Below are positions 41,303 to 43,027 of a stretch of DNA of 43,027 bases, one piece after another. The DNA lies in the NCBI RefSeq assembly GCF_000372725.1, contig NW_005201851.1, forward strand, positions 249,834 through 292,860, in the 5' to 3' direction. This DNA is from Emiliania huxleyi CCMP1516. Taxonomy: Eukaryota. The translations under genes were made by a program, and so were the position numbers. Within the stretch, counting starts at the first letter, position 1. The number at the start of each line of letters is the position of its first letter. A model generated the notes under the pieces. It had not been told where the DNA came from. It saw nothing but the letters and a program-made list of their open reading frames with translations, and made no database searches.

Positions 41303-42564
41303 GCCGTGGCAGAGGGGGCGGCCGCAGCAAGAGCCGCCGGCGGCCCCGTCGGACCACGCCGGCGGAGGCGGCCGGCAGCGAGGCCGCGCAGGCGGCGCAG
41401 CCTCATCGGAGCCTAGAGCACACGCACCCGTCTTCCGACTAGCGCGCGCGAGAGAGGGCGCGTGCTCTCGACCGCATCCCGCTGTTTGCTGTACCGTCCT
41501 CTCCCGCCCCCGCCCCTGACCGTACTCGCGCCCCCGACCCCCGGGGTGTCTTGACACTGCAAGGCAGCGGAGTCGTCGAGCCGGCCGAGAAGGGCGCGGC
41601 CGCCGCCACCCACCCTCGCGAGCGAGGGAGGAGCGGGGTGATGCCGCCTCCAAACTACGGAACCGCAATGCCTCCGCCGCACTACGGCCGCCCGGCTCCG
41701 AGCTCGGCGGGCGGAGGCGGCGGCGGCGGAGGCGGAGGCGGAGGAGGAGGGGCGGCGGCGGGGGCGGCGGCGGCGGCGCCTGCTCCGCGCAGGGACTCGA
41801 GCCGTGAGCCGGTTGGCGTGTGGATTGCGGCGTCCGTCTGCGAGGAGGTGCCTCTCACCTCTCCTCCGGCGCACGTGCCTCTAGGTTGGCATGGACATGG
41901 CGGCGTCGCTGCAGCCGTCGGCGGTGCGGCAGTGGAGGAGCAGCTCTCGCCGCGATCACGCGAGATCAGCCGAGATCAGCCGAGATTCGCCGAGAGTAGG
42001 TGCAGCAGTGGATGAACAACCTGGCTGCGCACGAGAACGCGCTGCTCGCGCAACGCGTCGCCGCGGCGGAGGCAAAGGCTGCGGCGGCGGAGCTGCTCAA
42101 GGACCAGGTGCGGGGAGATGCGGGGAGATGCGGGGAGATGTAGGGAGATGCGGGGAGATGTAGCTGCTCAAGACCAGGTGCGGGGAGATGTGGGGAGATG
42201 TGTGCATGTGCATGCACATGCACATGTGCATGTGCATGTGCACATGCGCATGTGGGGAGACGTGAAGAGATGTAGACTTCACAGCACACACGTGTGTGTC
42301 TGTGTCGAGCTGCTGGGGTGGTCGAGGCGGAGGCTGTGAACAGCGTCTCTTCACACCTGCAGCTGTGAACTGATCAGGTGGTCGAGGCGGAGGCGCGCGC
42401 CGCGGCGGCGGAGGCGTGGGCGGCGGCGGTGGCGGAGGAGCGCGAGACGGAGAAGGGGGCGGAGGGCGATGCGGCGGAGGGGGCGGCACCGAGCTGGCTG
42501 GCTAGGCTTGCGGGGGGGGAGGTGGGCTCACAGACCCTCTCATACACACATACACAGGGGGGGG

Positions 42565-42662
<98 letters not shown>

Positions 42663-43027
42663 GGCACGCAGGCACGCAGGCACGCACGCACGCACGCAGG
42701 CACGCAGGCGCACGCACGGGCAGGCGCACGCGCACGCACGCCGGGCCTTGCACGTTGAGTGCCGTGGGGCTCCCGTCTTTTAGACGTGGCCCCGCGAGGG
42801 CTGCCCGGCCTTTGCCCCCCCCCCTCGTGTGTGTGTGAGTGTGTCTGCGTGTGGTAGAAGTTTTCCCCCACACCCTCCCCCCCCCCCCCCCCAGGTCGAC
42901 TCCCTCGGCGAGGTGGAGGTAGTCTCGGCCGTGTCCGAGGCGGCGATGACTGCGCGCGCGCCCGCCGAGAGCCTCGACGACGTCGCGGCGAAGCAGCGCT
43001 GGCTCAAGTCGCTCGACGTTCCGATGT
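39289..43027 (+). CDS. Unidentified low-complexity multi-exon gene(s), running off the window
   Basis: Exon-like segments bounded by splice signals (MLDPVAARAQGY.., VQQWMNNLAAHENALLAQRV.., VVEAEARAA.., VDSLGEVEVV..KQRWLKSLDVP) separated by typical repeat-filled introns. Confidence 0.4.
40231..40320 (+). mobile_element. Diverged intronic copy of the structured SINE-like core
   Basis: ccttgcactttgaatgc...atgcgaggg...gccccaccac. Confidence 0.6.
40875..40974. other. Assembly gap (100 N)
   Basis: Run of N. Confidence 1.
42743..42860 (+). mobile_element. Diverged intronic copy of the structured SINE-like core
   Basis: ccttgcacgttgagtgccgtggggctcc...gcgaggg...ttgcccc..gtgtgtg. Confidence 0.6.

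Overview
GC-rich, intron-rich eukaryotic DNA. Frequent GC-AG introns packed with 9-11 bp tandem repeats, an AP2-domain gene, FkbM and Stf0-type enzymes and a signal-plus-Tat plastid cyclophilin point to a haptophyte such as Emiliania (Gephyrocapsa) huxleyi; this is inference. Recognisable genes: a small myristoylated WH2-like protein, a multi-exon FAD-dependent oxidoreductase, two FkbM methyltransferases, a two-domain Stf0-like sulfotransferase with a truncated 5' duplicate, a degenerate thylakoid cyclophilin, an AP2 plus Cys-rich protein, an EGLN-like 2OG-Fe(II) dioxygenase, a Ulp1-like protease, a TQ-FHA/coiled-coil/DUF4145-like protein and an unidentified multi-exon gene. Mobile DNA includes an L1-type ORF2 fragment, an RLE-type LINE fragment and a structured (TTACC)n-tailed SINE-like family. 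The most striking signal is intron architecture. Many introns combine a copy of the neighbouring exon end with a shared sequence module that supplies the splice site. One intron (18575-19319) has this module as terminal inverted repeats, interleaved with repeated copies of both flanking exons. This suggests an active, repeat-templated intron-generating (introner-like) process. All exon structures were assembled by eye and need RNA-seq confirmation. There are two 100-N gaps.
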